DNA from: Oculina patagonica
Taxonomy: Eukaryota
Length of the DNA: 64,000 bases
Direction of reading: 5' to 3'
Assembly: GCF_052425735.1 (NCBI RefSeq)
Contig: NC_135760.1
Span: 12,152,001 to 12,216,000, forward strand
Of this stretch, positions 33,164 through 46,313 are shown piece by piece. The notes below the pieces were generated by a model. It did not search any database. It saw only the letters and a list, made by a program, of their open reading frames with translations, and was not told the origin of the DNA. The position numbers were made by a program, and so were the translations under genes. Numbering within the stretch: position 1 is the first letter of the stretch; every line of letters starts with the position of its first letter.

Positions 33164-36100
33164 CTAGATGAGTAAAGATGGCGTTGGTTTCTTGCCAGGC
33201 CACGCCTCCTTGGCATACTTCTTTTTAGCAGGTTCGGCAATTGTCATTGTCACATTTTGCATAACTGGCCCAGCAGCTATGGGTTCGGGTGCATGGTGCA
33301 CAGGAACACTCATTAGTGTCGGCGAGGACACCTCAGGTGCCGATGTGATCGACATACGAGGTTTGTGTTGTGCCGTGGGTGACGTAGGACTTGTAGGATC
33401 AGGAACAGCCCCTGTTCCTGCCGGCAGATTGGAGTAAAGACCTTGCGAGTATGGGAAGCTTTGAAGTCGTCGTGTTATGTTCTCTGTGAGGCTTCCTACA
33501 GGAGAAACTGGTCCTCGCATTTTCTGTAAAAGTGAACATTTTAATCCTTTTAGCTTCAAGAATGACGGACATTAACAAGTCTGGTAATAACAGGTCATGT
33601 AAATGGGGTTCAATAATCAAAACATTACACATTTTTTAAACTTATACTATAAGAAATAAATGGAGGCCAGAGAGGAGAATTTCAATTCAAGATTAAAGCT
33701 CAGACTTTCCTTAAACATTAGGAAGCGTAGTTAGGAATTAATTAAAAGAGCAGTACATGAACCATATTTTCTCAAATAAACACAGGGCCTCGAATAAATG
33801 CCAGATTTCCAAGGAAGGGTTGTAAATAACCCTCTCAAGCAATTACTCAAGGTACAAAAAGCTGTAGTTGCAATGAAAATATTTATGCAAGTCTGTCAAA
33901 AATAATGTATTAAACCCTTGTTTAAAACATTCCAGGCTCAAATAAACTGCAGGAGTCAAATAAACCCTGAGGCCATCAGGCCAAGTTTAAAATAAACGCT
34001 GGGGAAATGGACACCTGAAGGAAAAAGACAGCGCGGGCGAACAAAAACAACTTGGAAGAAGGACGGTAGAAACTGAACTGAAGACCCTTAACTACACCTG
34101 GGGAGACATTGAGAGGAAAGCACATGACAGACATGTTTGGAGAAACTTTGTCGCTGCCCTAAGTGCCGATGGGGTATAGGGCAGTAAGTAAGTAAGCATT
34201 TAATTGAGAAAATACAGTATACTTTACAGATGGTCATACTGACAGTATCATGATATCTGTGTTGAAAAATAGAAGACGGTAAAAATTCAGACGTTGCTGT
34301 CTTCTGGAAAGAGTAATAATATCATTAGATATAAACAATATTTAATATGTTGTTAGTGTTTTAAATGGTTGAAGAAAGATTTGCAGTATTTGAAGCCCAA
34401 ACTCTGCTGGGAAGTAATAAATATGTTTTTATTATACTGTACCTTGTTTGGAACAACAACAGATGTTTGAACCATATTTCTGAACTTGCCTACAGTAGGG
34501 TCAATATCCTCTAAAACAATGAGAAACGCCTTTTATTAGATAGAGATTACCTACACCAATCAACAATTCATAAGATCCAGCTTCAGGATATAGCTCAAGT
34601 GATATTATTCTAATGGTTTTGAATTCACACGATGTTCGAGTCAATGATGAAATGTACTGTATTTTTCTTGGTTAAAAGGCGCATGGATTTTTCAAAGAAA
34701 ATGTGTTTTTCTGTGGGAAGTTCATGCTAAAATTGGGATGCGTCTTACAGCTGAGCATAAAAATACAGTATTTTATGTTTAATATCATAGTTTCAGTCAG
34801 GCTGTTAACAAAAATCCAAGAATGGAGACACCAACAACCACATTGCTGTACGACACTCAGTGAATGAACACAGCACTGTCTCCAATTCAGTAGTCAGAAT
34901 GTATTGCTTAGAATCTATCCAGGAAGGGGGGGGGGGGAGGGGGGTGAGGAGTAGTGCTGCTCAATACTCCTAGTCATGTCATGCAATGGAAACTGGATTT
35001 ACTGGCTCACTTGAACTTTGTGCATACTGGTACTTCAATTTTTTCAAGATGACTTCTGCTTCTTTCCTGCTTACATGGATGATCACTCTCAACAAAGCAG
35101 AATTAAAGAAAAATACTTACTTCACCTACAGCAGCTTTACCTGGATTTATAATTTCTTCTCCTTCTCTAAATGCAACAGATAATGAAGATCTTCTTTTTC
35201 GCTTAAGGGATGCAACACCTGCTAAGTTTGAACTTCCTTCCTCAATGCCAAGTGATGAAATCCTTTTGTTGTGAGCTGTGTTGAACTCTGTTAGATCCTG
35301 TTTCCAGAAAATAAACAGACTTAGAAAAAAGTACTGTAAAATGCCAAAGGATCTTAAGTACTTTCTTTAGTAAATGGGAAGTACATTGTAAATGGCTGGA
35401 ACACAGGGAGGTTACATAATGAAAAGTATGGCATGAAAAAGGGATTTGAAAACAACATTTGAGGTCAAAAAACATTGCTTTCCTGATGAAAACCTTGGAA
35501 TTTATAGGAAGTAGGGGAAGTGCTGTCGACTCAACCTTGGGAGGGGTACGAGGTCAAAGCATTCTACAGAGCATGTGTTCGGGGAGGGGGTCTGGGCATT
35601 TTCAGGAATGGTGCATTTCAACCAAGGGTGCAATTCTAGAAATTAATTTCCCTTCAGATTAGGGTACTTGAAAAGATCCTGAAAACCTCCCCACCATTGC
35701 TTCAGGTTCACTAACACAACCACAACTTGCACCTATACAAAAAGTAAAGAAATCTACTGTACATGTATTTGTTGTATCCTTTTGTTTTGCATGTAATAGC
35801 CTTCCAGGTAACTTATAACTATTTTTCCTTTGGCCGGCCCTTCCCCCCGGTTGCCAGCACTATAAATAAAAAAAGCCTTACCTCCAACTCTGTGTCTGAC
35901 TCTGGTAGTCCTAACAGTCCTCCCTTTGCGCCTTCTTCAGTATCATCAGACTCCATTTGTTGTGCATTTTCTGATTGCTTTAGACTTGAACTCGGCATTG
36001 CTGGTTTTTCTCGCAGTACATAGCTTCTAGAAGACGCACCAAACCTGATCACACTGTCAACCTGAACTTGTGTTGGTTTCTGTGGTTCTAAACGTACTGT

Positions 36101-37999
36101 TCCAATGAAAGTGCCATGTGCTGAGCAAGGAGAAATCAAAAACAAAAATATGTAACTGTCTCTGTTAACACTTTGGAACAAACACATGTTATTGTGATGT
36201 TTTGTGAGTTCATCAGTGATGGAGGAGTTTGGAAACTCCAGCACGTTCTCACAGTTTAATCCACAAAGATGTTTGTATAACATTGTAAAATTCTTTTATT
36301 TATTCTTGAGGGCAAACCATCTTTTTATTAACCTAAATTAACTTATTATATTTTATATATTATAATAATATATTAAATGTAATCATTACACTGAACATGT
36401 AGTGCTTAAATGATTGATCCTGACCATATGCATGTTGACATCAACTCCATTATCTTTTAAGGTTGATTTTTGGCTTCCATCAAACCAGTGTTAGTCAATT
36501 TTTTTAATGTCATATGTTAAACATTGTAAGAATGTTCAAAGAAGATAATAACAATAAAACAATATTAAACAATAATTCCATGGCAATGAATGGATAACTG
36601 TTAGGGTAAGAAATTAGATATACTTACTACTCTTGAGGTCAATCAGAAACGTTCGGTTGAGGTGTTTATGGAAAACCAGTGCAGCATGTACACGGGAACA
36701 TGATGTGTGTTCCAGACTGAAATCACAAGTTTCCTTGTTTCTTCCAAATAAGTAATATGACTTCTGATCAATGATAAGTTTCTATATCAGAAGAAAAGAA
36801 TATTCTTTAATGTAATATCTGCCTCTTGCTTCAGTTTCTAATTTATGGTTTCCCGGCTTCCCGGTTTCGCAGTTAAAGAGGGTCTGTTATACGGGGTTGT
36901 ACAGTCTGCAGACCGCCATACTTTGATCATCCTAGACCACAAATTTCTTATATTTTCTCCCGAAGACTAAGACTGCCAGATTAAAGAGTGTGACCGCTGA
37001 CTGCCACTCAAAATCGGCTCAATCTGCCAGACAGCCAGAGTATAAAAGACCCTCATTAAAACTTGCCAAGGTTAAAACATATGATTTGAGGAGAATGCTT
37101 GTTTACAACTTTTAAATAAGCAACCCCCCTCTCACCACCCTACCCAGGTCCCAAATAAATATCTCTCTTGAGTTATACATCGTACCCCCATACATTAGAA
37201 AAAAGTGCCAAGCGTATATGGCATACATGTTATTTTTTCTTTCCTTAACTTTTACATGACTCTGAGTAATTTTTATAAGATCACTTATTGTGAACAGTAT
37301 TCTGTTTGAGGAGCAATAACATCAAGCTGCACTCACGGCAAGATGCCTAAACCTCACCCAGTGTTGCTATAGCACTAAATGTAGTTGTGCAAACCAGCTC
37401 AAATGTAAGCACAGTCTGTTCCAGTGCAATTAATTAATAATACATGTCAGACCAGATGCAAAGGCATTTGATCATACGGCAAATGATCAGCCCCTTTATT
37501 TGCCCCATTAAATATAAATGAATAAGCGGTCTCTATGGCAACTGTGAAAATGTACTCACAGTGTGGAGGACAAAAGACAGAGACGCTGGGAACGAGGTTG
37601 TTCTGCCCCCCACCCCTGTAGGGTGAGTACATTTTGAAACCTTTAGCAAAAACTTTATAATGTTGATATAAAGATGTAAAATTCCTCAGTCTTTGACCTA
37701 CTACCCAGCCTCAGAAAGACCAAAAATTACTTAACGTGTGCTTTTTGTTTTAAGTGAGAATGTTAGCGTGATCTATTTTGTTCAAAATGCTATTTGTTTT
37801 GATCAAGTTTACCTCAACTAGATTTGTCTGTTTCATGACATCTAAATGAAGTCCTTGTGGCGGTTTACCTGCCCTGTAAAAATAAACATTCCTTGTTGAA
37901 CTTAAACACCAAATAATGGACCAGGGAATCTATAAAACGTTACCAGGTGGGGACATCAAAAGGTGGATTGTTCGCGGCAGAAGTCTTGTTAGCCGCCAT
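33164..37999 (-). CDS. PPP1R8: Nuclear inhibitor of protein phosphatase 1 (NIPP1), FHA domain, ~364 aa, 7 exons
   Basis: Exons: 37999-37944, 37873-37813, 36781-36628, 36120-35882, 35297-35141, 34510-34443, 33523-33164 (1095 nt). Motifs FDVPTWAGKPP, YYLFGRN..SCSRVHAALV..STHGTF, LTEFNTAHNKRIS, GKFRNMVQT and the C-terminus KKKYAKEAWPGKKPTPSLLI* match NIPP1. Confidence 0.97.
37300..37429 (-). ncRNA. SCARNA1: Box H/ACA scaRNA (SCARNA1-like) in PPP1R8 intron 2; predicted guide for U2 snRNA pseudouridylation at U37 and U89 (human numbering)
   Basis: Hairpin-H(ATAGCA, 37370-37365)-hairpin-ACA(37305-37303)+3 nt layout, with a UGAG CAB-like motif in both apical regions. 5' pocket GAACAGA/CTACATTT pairs with U2 UCUGUUC/AAGUGUAG. 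3' pocket GTTTAG/TATTG pairs with U2 UUAAAU/CAAUA. Confidence 0.82.
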
Positions 38000-38163
38000 C
38001 TTGGCACGCTTTGTCTCCAGAGGGACTGGTACCCAACTGTTTTCCGCATGTCCCGGATGCAAAGCTTCCCTTGATGCTTTGGTGCGCCATTCGATGTTTT
38101 CCCGCCACCATCTGATTTATAATTTTCGACTTTTGGTTGATTCTCTTCGTGTGTGGAACGAAA
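38000..38163. promoter_or_regulatory. Bidirectional promoter PPP1R8(-)/NSMCE1(+), 164 bp between start codons
   Basis: ATGs at 37999 (-) and 38164 (+). E2F-type TTTCCCGCC at 38098-38106. YY1-type CAAGATGGCGGC overlaps the PPP1R8 ATG. Confidence 0.75.
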
Positions 38164-41100
38164 ATGAGAGATTCTCAGCGTCTTTTCTTACGAAGTCTTA
38201 TGTCTAAACAGTTCCTTTCTGAAAATGAAACAAAAACCTTGTATCAGAAAGCATGTGGCGTGTATGGAGGTGGGTGAAAGTGCTTTAAAATTACGAACCC
38301 TTCAAAGTCGAGCTTGCGCGCATCATCGGCATGGTGTGATTTTTAACTTCTGTTGGGCTTAGCTAAAGCGTTTTAAAGGACTTTAATCTTAATTTCAGAT
38401 GAAAGCCCTCCAGAGGACTTTGACACTTTCCTGGAAACTGTAAACAAAAACCTGAGGTCTCTTTTTATGGAGATAAGGCATGGAATTTCTGAAGAAGATG
38501 GGTCCAAGAATTATGGTTTGGTAAGAAAACTAAATACTGTGGTACAGGAGGCAATATTTTTCCCTGCAACTTGCAATGCAATGATGACGATTAAAAAAAA
38601 ATTGTAAGCCACATTGCAAGTCAAAAAGGAAGTGTCCTGTGTTCTCATATTGCAACACACCAGCTGGAAATCATTATTTTGAAATCTGGGGGTAATGGAC
38701 TTATCTGATTGGCCCATTTTTACAAAATTTGGTTGCAAGATTGACATGTCACATGCAGCATTGTTGCAAAAAGTAGGGAATAGTTCTACTTTCCTTGCAA
38801 CTCGCAATGTACAGTTCCATAAATTATCCATACATCCCCACAGAAAGACCCCCAACCTCTCTGGAAATTCCAACTATCCTTCATATATATGTATTTCCTT
38901 AAAGACTTTGTGACTAAAATTTTTTGACTGGCAACCAAACTTGAGCAGGCCACTTAGGAAAAAAATAAACTTAGAGGGTTGCATTTAATGGTTAACTTTT
39001 TGTTGATAATAAACAAGCCTCAACATGTCACTTTCTGTGATTTTTTTTAGGTAAATACAGCTGAGGATGAACATTCAAAGATGGCGACAGATTTTTCACC
39101 AAATGATATTGCTTTCTTCAAGAAAGCGGTAAATATACAATCAAGTAAATAATAAGTATTTCTGTTGTGAAGAAAACAAGGATTCTTAAAACTTAAAACT
39201 AATATAACCTACCAGTGCTAAATGATTAATGAAAGCTTTATTTCACCAGATACTTGCTACCTGGGTGAGTAACCTTACAAAAATATGTGCAGTTTCTATC
39301 TGCCTAAAAGAATTGAGAGTCAACTGGCTGATTTCCTTTCCTAATTACATATACAGTTGTAAATACTATAGAAAGGAAATAGAAAGCAAATTAGATAAAG
39401 TGGTTACACTTCCAAAAGAACAATATTTACATGGTTGCTAGAATTTGCAAAAATTTGGACACTCACTTTTAAAACCCTGCTTACAGGGTTCGCACAGGCC
39501 TTGAAAGTCCTTGTATCTCAAAATAAAATTTAAATTTTAAATTTTTTTTTTTTTTTTTTTGTTTTAATTTTTTTTTTTTTTTTTTTATAGCAAAAAAGGC
39601 TCCGGGGAGAGAAGAGCGCAAAAAAAAATGTTTTTTTTTTTTTCGCACAAACAAATATTTTTTTTTTTTGGGATAAATAATAAAAAAAAAATATTTTTTT
39701 TTTTTTTAGGGTGGGGAAATATAATTTTTTTTTTTTTTTTTTTTATAAAAAAAAAATGCTTAAGGTCATTGCCCTGTATTTTATTGTGTATCCTTTCTGC
39801 GCTGAATTTTACGTGTAATTAGCGCATACACATATGGCGGCTTTTTTCTTAGCGGCTTAGTCTGTGAGAAAAATAAATTGTCTCTTTCTCGTAAACGAGT
39901 ATGGAGACCTATCAATCTTTTCTCAGATTTTGGAAGTAGCGAGCAAGTTCTTTCTGTGAAATGGAAACAGATCAATTCCTCTGTTTGAAAAATAAATTAT
40001 CACTGGAAATGTGTACTTTGCCAGTACTCTCAAAATAATTATTAAGGAATTATGTGGTATATGTACAAGGTCTTTCAGTGCTCCTAAACTAATATGCAGA
40101 CCCCGCTTTTTTGTTTCAAAATTGAAGTCCCCTTAAGGTAATCAACAAGTAGGCAAAGTTTGGTTGAAAATCTATGTTCATTTCTATTTTTGGGGAAATG
40201 ACCTTAAAAGCCTTTTTTGTAATATAGATGGACCTTATAGTGGCTTCTCCAGATGGCACAGTGTCTTCTTTAGATGTACTCAATGCTGCGTCTGACTTGG
40301 AAAAGAGGATGACCATGACTCATGCCGAGGAACTGATTGCAAGACTTCTAAAGGATAAATGGATGTCAGAGGTCAGCCTTAATAACTTGCAGGGTTCAAA
40401 ATAACGGCCATTCAACAGACAATATCTGGTCAAGATGACAATTTGTAGACAAAGTTTTGGTTTGCCGATCATTTTGACCGTTCACATACATGGCTTTTGT
40501 CACTGATGACCAGAAAAATAAATAACATTCTTGATACTACCAAATTATATCTTATGTGTTTACTTTAATTCTAAAATGAGCATCTGGTTTTCATGCATAA
40601 CTCTCCAAGTTAAGACCATTTTAGGTGCCACAGCGACTAAAATTTTGGAGCTGGCAACTAAATTGGAACCAAAGTTGCCAGGCTGGTGACTAAAATTGAG
40701 ATGAAGCATTGAAAGCTTGAGCTTAATTAAGTGACTAAAATTTTTCACTGGCAACCAAACTTGAGCAGTCAGTGGCCAAATGGCCACTTAGGGAAAAATA
40801 AACTTGGAGGTTTGATGTGGGTCCTCTATCCAGGTTGAATTGGAATTTGGAAATGCTTTCAGGAGGGAGGAAAACCAGAGAACCCAGAGAAAAACCCTTG
40901 GAGCAAGGCAAAAACCAACAACAAACTCAACCGACATGTGGCACCTGTCTGGACTTCTTGGACTGTCTGGGCCACATAGGTGGGAGGCAAGCCCTCACAC
41001 GATTGCGTCATCCCTGATTCTTGTCAAATTAAAAAGTAATCTCAAATTAAATGTAATCCACTTGTAACCTTAATTCGTTTTTACGTTGTAGTCATCAGGA

Positions 41101-41831
41101 TCATACTCTTTGGGACCAAGAGCCATGCTGGAACTTCATCCATACTTGAAAAGAGTGTATGAAGATGAAATAGTAGACTGCATGATGTGCCATGAGATAG
41201 CTATTAGGGTTAGTACATGTGTGCTGATTTTGTTCTCTGTCATAGTTTGGCCATTTTGCAAACTTTCTCATTTTCCTTAACTAACCTGATGATAATTTTG
41301 TTGTAATCATAGCATTGTTTTCTTTTTGTTACTTAGGGACAGCACTGCACCCAGTGTGATGGGAAGCTTCACAACCATTGTGCTGCTCGCTACTTTCGTG
41401 GAAGGTAATATTGCTACTCACTTACAAACAGCAAAATCTGTTGACTAGACTAGGCCCCATAAAGTGGTGTTTAACTCTGCCTCCTCTTATGTTCATGTAC
41501 AAGAATGTAGCTATAAAGGGCTATTGCATTAAATTTTTCTTCCTGACCTGTTAAGGAACAGTGAACGTCTTTGGGAGCAAGGGCAAAAAATCAATGGATT
41601 TCCTTAGGGGTAAGATAAGTAATACAGGAATTCTTTAGGGGGAATGGGTGAAAATATCTGGAATTCGTTAGGGGTAAAACCCAGAAATCCGCAGACTTCT
41701 TGGGGGCAAATGCTTTGCTAATGAATTTCATTGGGGTTTAAGGCTTTTTTAGTGAATTTCTTTAGAGGTGTAGATGTTTTCAATGGATTTCTTTTGGGGT
41801 AAGATTGAAATAACTGAAAAGACCTTTCCTC

Positions 41832-41868
<37 letters not shown>

Positions 41869-42717
41869 GGTTGCAGATATTAAATGCAATAGCCCAAAGA
41901 AAAAAAGCCAGCTCGTTACAAGCCAAGCCAGCTGTTTATCCCAAGTCTTTGTTTTGTAGTAAATTTTTAACTGGTGATAAGCTCTTTTTTAACTGGTGAA
42001 ATTAGCCAGTTGCTGGCTTGTAGCCACATTGTTGCATGTTGTGTGGTTTTAGGGTTTAATATTTTGCCAAGGAACATGTGCACTATAGTATACTAACACC
42101 ACAAATGTACCAACTGGAGTAAGTCAGTAGCAACTGCCTTGCTATTGTTATTATGTGTAACAATTCAGTAGAAGGTGCTCTCATTCCTGTGCATCACCTC
42201 ATGCTTTTAAAATCCAACAGGGCTCAGAAGACATGTCCAAACCAACAGTGTGGTGCTGTGTGGATGCATGACGTGCCTCAGCTAACATCGCCATCTCCAT
42301 CTCAAGTAAATGGTGAGTTAAAATTCATGAAAAATGATAAAGTCATCAGTTTGCAATTATAGTGGGTGACAACCAGGCCTGTAACCTGTGACACTTGTCA
42401 TGGCTGAGATCACTGGATGTTATGGGTGAAGAGGTTGATTGGTGTTAGATTACACTTCCGTACGGAGTGAAACGGTAGGGAAAAAACTGAATGACAGCCT
42501 TGATAGAAGTGTACAAACTGTCAGTTAGTTGTTGCAAAGTTGCGCAGAAAAGAACATTTGATCAGAATGATTACATGGCATTTGATATTCGTGACGTTTA
42601 ACTCAAAGGGTCAAGTCCAATCTCAGCTTAACTTTGTATTTTTTTAAAGGTGAAAACGAGGCTGGCCCTTCATCACAAGCTGGACCTTCGGGACGACAAC
42701 GTAGGAAAAGAAGATGA
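38164..42717 (+). CDS. NSMCE1: SMC5/6 subunit Nse1 (winged-helix + RING-like), ~264 aa, 8 exons
   Basis: Exons: 38164-38269, 38399-38520, 39051-39128, 40228-40371, 41092-41208, 41337-41404, 42221-42312, 42650-42717 (795 nt). Motifs SLFMEIRHGISEEDG..YGLVN..SKMATDF, LGPRAMLEL and CMMCHE..GQHCTQC..LHNHCAARYF..CPNQQC..W. Confidence 0.93.
40818..41017 (-). mobile_element. tRNA-derived SINE (degenerate)
   Basis: Reverse strand starts cagggatgacgcaatcgtgtgagggcttgcctcccacctatgtggccc..., then ggttgagtttgttgttggt..ctccaagggtttttctctgggttctctggttttcctccctcc, a layout I recognise as a common cnidarian SINE. Confidence 0.65.
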
Positions 42718-43824
42718 GAACAAAAAACTTTCTGTATAGAAAAAAAGAAATTAATTAGTTATTGTTACAGTTTAGATGTATATTTAGAGACTGAAGAGAT
42801 GAGTAATCCCACCATGGGGTAAAGGTTACATTGCTTTGAAAGGTATAAACATTCAGAGTTTCTGAATGCTAGTTACACTTATACATTAAATTGGTTTTGT
42901 TTCTGTTAAGAGAAAGCTAGGCTGCATAATGAGGACAAGAGGCTTTTTGATATTTTTATGAGGTGCATAGTGGTTTATTTACTGGAAAATTACCCTTCCA
43001 GTAAATTAATATTTTAGTTACAACAGAAAATTAATGGTGAAATAAATACGGAATATTTTATTGTCACATGTAAATGCGTGATTGTATTGATTTCTCATAT
43101 TTATTGCTTTTGAACTGACACATTGTCACAGTAACACTACCAACAATAGTTATTAACATAAACCTTTTTTTATTCATCTGATCGCCATATATTATAAGTA
43201 TTCACATTTCATCTCTTTAGACATTAGTTGAAGAAACTAGTAGTATAACCTATTGAAAACTACAAGCTGTATTGGAATATATTAATTTGTCATAAATCTC
43301 ATTTACAACCCAAACATTCATAATATATGTCTGTTATATCATGGTATACATTTTTAGAAGCACCATAACTCTGTTAACTCTTTTATATACTTTGCAACTG
43401 TCTCCTAAATGTGATATCACCTAAATAACTAATTTTACAAAGACTTTATGAAAAAATTGCTGTTCTCTTACTTAAGAGTACTTACTTTAAATTATGAAAT
43501 AAATATATTTTGTTAAATTAATATTATGCAAGGGGACAATTTATCAGATACTATCCCCTACCTTAAGGAAGTCTGCTTTCTTTGTAGAACAACTTCTGGA
43601 TATCACTCCCATCATCCATATGATACCACTGTAATGTTATTTCTTTTTGATTTGCTTTAAATATTTAAAGTGCAGGCACAAGGTGTTCCAAAAACGTTAA
43701 TGAAGTTTTTACTTCAAAGAGAGAAACTGCAAACCATGTATGAAAATATGTAGTTTGCTAGCAAATGAAAGAAATACCGAACTACAACAAGTCAACGTGT
43801 GGCAAATTGTTGCTTGTGATTGTT

Positions 43825-46281
43825 TTATATAACAGCTACACCCATGCCTTCTATAGCCAGAGGTAAAGGTGCAAATTCCTCCCACTTGTTACTTAAAGGA
43901 TCATAACAATCAATCTTTTCTGTTTCAACATTCATGCATGCACCGCCCATGGCAAATAATTTGTCATCGATAGCTGCAACTACTGGACTCTCCCGCCGCA
44001 TCAGCATTGGAGGCAGTGAAAGCCATCTGTTCATGCGTGGATCAAAACATTCCACAGAATTATGATCCTCGTCGTAATCACTTCCTCCAACCACAAATAT
44101 CTTGTTCTTAAGTACTGCTGCTCCGAAGTATCTTCGTCGGTAGCTCATAGCAACACAAGCACTCCAGCGATCCAGCCGTGGGTCGTACCTTTCAACAGTG
44201 TTTAATATAGAGACACCATTGTCCCCACCAATTGCATAGATAGCACCATCTAGTGTTACCATGGCAATACCCTCACGCATTGTGCTCATGGGCTTCATGT
44301 GAGTCCAGACATCTCTGAAGAGAAAAAGAAATCAAATTAAAGTGCTGACAAATAACTTACTTAAACTCGAACCTGTTTTGTGCCACTTGGTTGAGTTCAA
44401 TTTCAAAACCATCATTATTATTGTAAATCATTGTAAACCATGAAATAATTTTTCTCGCACACAATTGGTAAAAAGTCTAATACTCTCAGTTTTTAAAAAT
44501 TGGGCTTTTTTCATTTTTGTAAGTTCAGTTTTTATTGAATTAAATTAAGAAAAATGTAGAAAACAGACCTTTCACTTTGGCCTTGGATTACAAAAAAATT
44601 TTAAAGAATAAACACAGTTGCCATTTAGCTTTAAAAACATGCATGGACATTTGTCCATGAATGTCATTAATTTTGTTTCTTAAAACCTAGCAGTTTTAAT
44701 GAAAATAATGTTAACCTGACTGGATCATAACGTTCCAAGCTGTTATATTCAGAACGCGAGAAATCACTCCCTCCTGATGCATACAGCCACCCATCCAGCT
44801 CTACCAGACCAAAAGCGTGCCTTCCACATGCCATGGGCTGAACGTACATCCACTTGTCAGTTGCGGGATGGTAACATTCTACTGAGCTGAGGGCAACATC
44901 ACCATCACACCCTGAACAAGAAAAGTACATGATAAAGTTAATAAGCAGTAGCCGATCTAGGGGAGGGGCCCGTCCCCCTATTTTTAAAACAAATAGAGGC
45001 CCAAAGGGCCGAGAAAATTTTTTTCTAGAGCACCCCCCCCCCCCCCCTTTATCTAAAGGTCTGGATCCACCACTGTTAAGTAATCACTCTGTTTACAATC
45101 CACTTTGCAACACTATTACAGGGTTTGTACAGGTCCTGGAAAACCTGGAAAGTCCTGGAATTTTATTGTGGCATTATCCAGGACTGGAAAGTCCTGGAAA
45201 AAGACTACTGTTCCTGGAAAGTTCTGGAAATCTGTTAAACACAAGTAATACCAGAGTTCTTTGAAGAAACATAAGAAATGTACAGATGGGAAGGAGAAAT
45301 AATATTGCTGGTTTTCACTGTCACGCAATCAAAAAATAAATTCAAAACCATTTAACTACAGAAGCTATGAATTTCAAATATTATATGACGATATATAGAT
45401 AAACAATTTCTCCAAGTTTCAGGTCTGTGCGGTGTACCGTTCGTGAGTTATTTGCCGAACATTTCCACGCAAATTTATAAAGCTTAGTACAGAGATGCCA
45501 TAACTGTGTCCTTCTGAGGGACACAAATATGGTCGCCGTGATGTCAGAGAAACCATCTGGAACTCAATTCTGTTTACAACAACGGCAATCTTTGGCTCAT
45601 GAGCTAGTACAGTTTCACATAAACACTACTTATTACCGGTATATCTAAAATGTTTAATCTGCTGAAAATGGAAAGGAAAGGCATTTTTTCAAACAAAACA
45701 GCTTTGTCACGGCACTCAGCTTGATGTCACATACGACGGAGAACTCAAATATTCAAAATGCTCTGTTTAAAAAACGAATGACACTATCGATCTGGAAATT
45801 TGCAAAAAGATATATTTTTAGTTTATCTTACGTCTAATGACAACGAAAATTTAGTAGGCCTAGTGAATTTTGATTATAGAATTTTATGACGTAACATGAA
45901 AACCAAGAATTGATGTCTTGGAAGTGAAAGGGTTAATGTGCATTTTGGAGACCTGGAAAAATCAATCTGAGGTCTTGAAAAGTCCTGGGAAATTGTTTGT
46001 AAAAAAGGGTATGAAACCTGACTTACAGTACATGACTAACCTGGCTGGTAATGGTAAGATACAAAACGTACTGTAGATGTACAACAGACACACTCACTTT
46101 GCTGCTGCAGGATTCTAAGAAAAGAAAGCCCAACTTCGACTGGCTCGTCCTAGCTAATTTGTGATTTGAAAGAAGTCGTCTTCCACCCCTTTTCTCTTTA
46201 AAGCTAACCCCCCCCCCAAACCCACAAAGACCTTGAAGAGAAATACCGGTAAGCCTCCAGGGGTGCTGTTATTATAAATGT

Positions 46282-46313
<32 letters not shown>

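Noticed and set aside
34227-34304. Possible extra PPP1R8 exon (good acceptor, open frame)
   Set aside because: The nearest donor gives a phase mismatch, and the protein already aligns to NIPP1 without it.
34790-34895. Hairpin with a UGAG loop and nearby CTGA boxes in PPP1R8 intron 5 (possible C/D or scaRNA)
   Set aside because: No C box (RUGAUGA) and no H/ACA layout. A 10-nt match to a tRNA-Asn anticodon arm is within chance.
37441-37600. Second pair of hairpins upstream of the scaRNA, ending near an ACA
   Set aside because: The 5' part is a transposon end (aacctcgttcccag class). The pocket-to-ACA distance is ~21 nt and I found no convincing target.
39530-39760. Low-complexity poly-T/poly-A block with ORF 39628-39822
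   Set aside because: Garbled homopolymer-rich sequence that begins right after a poly-T run and interrupts a repeat. Typical of read-quality collapse or assembly artefact.
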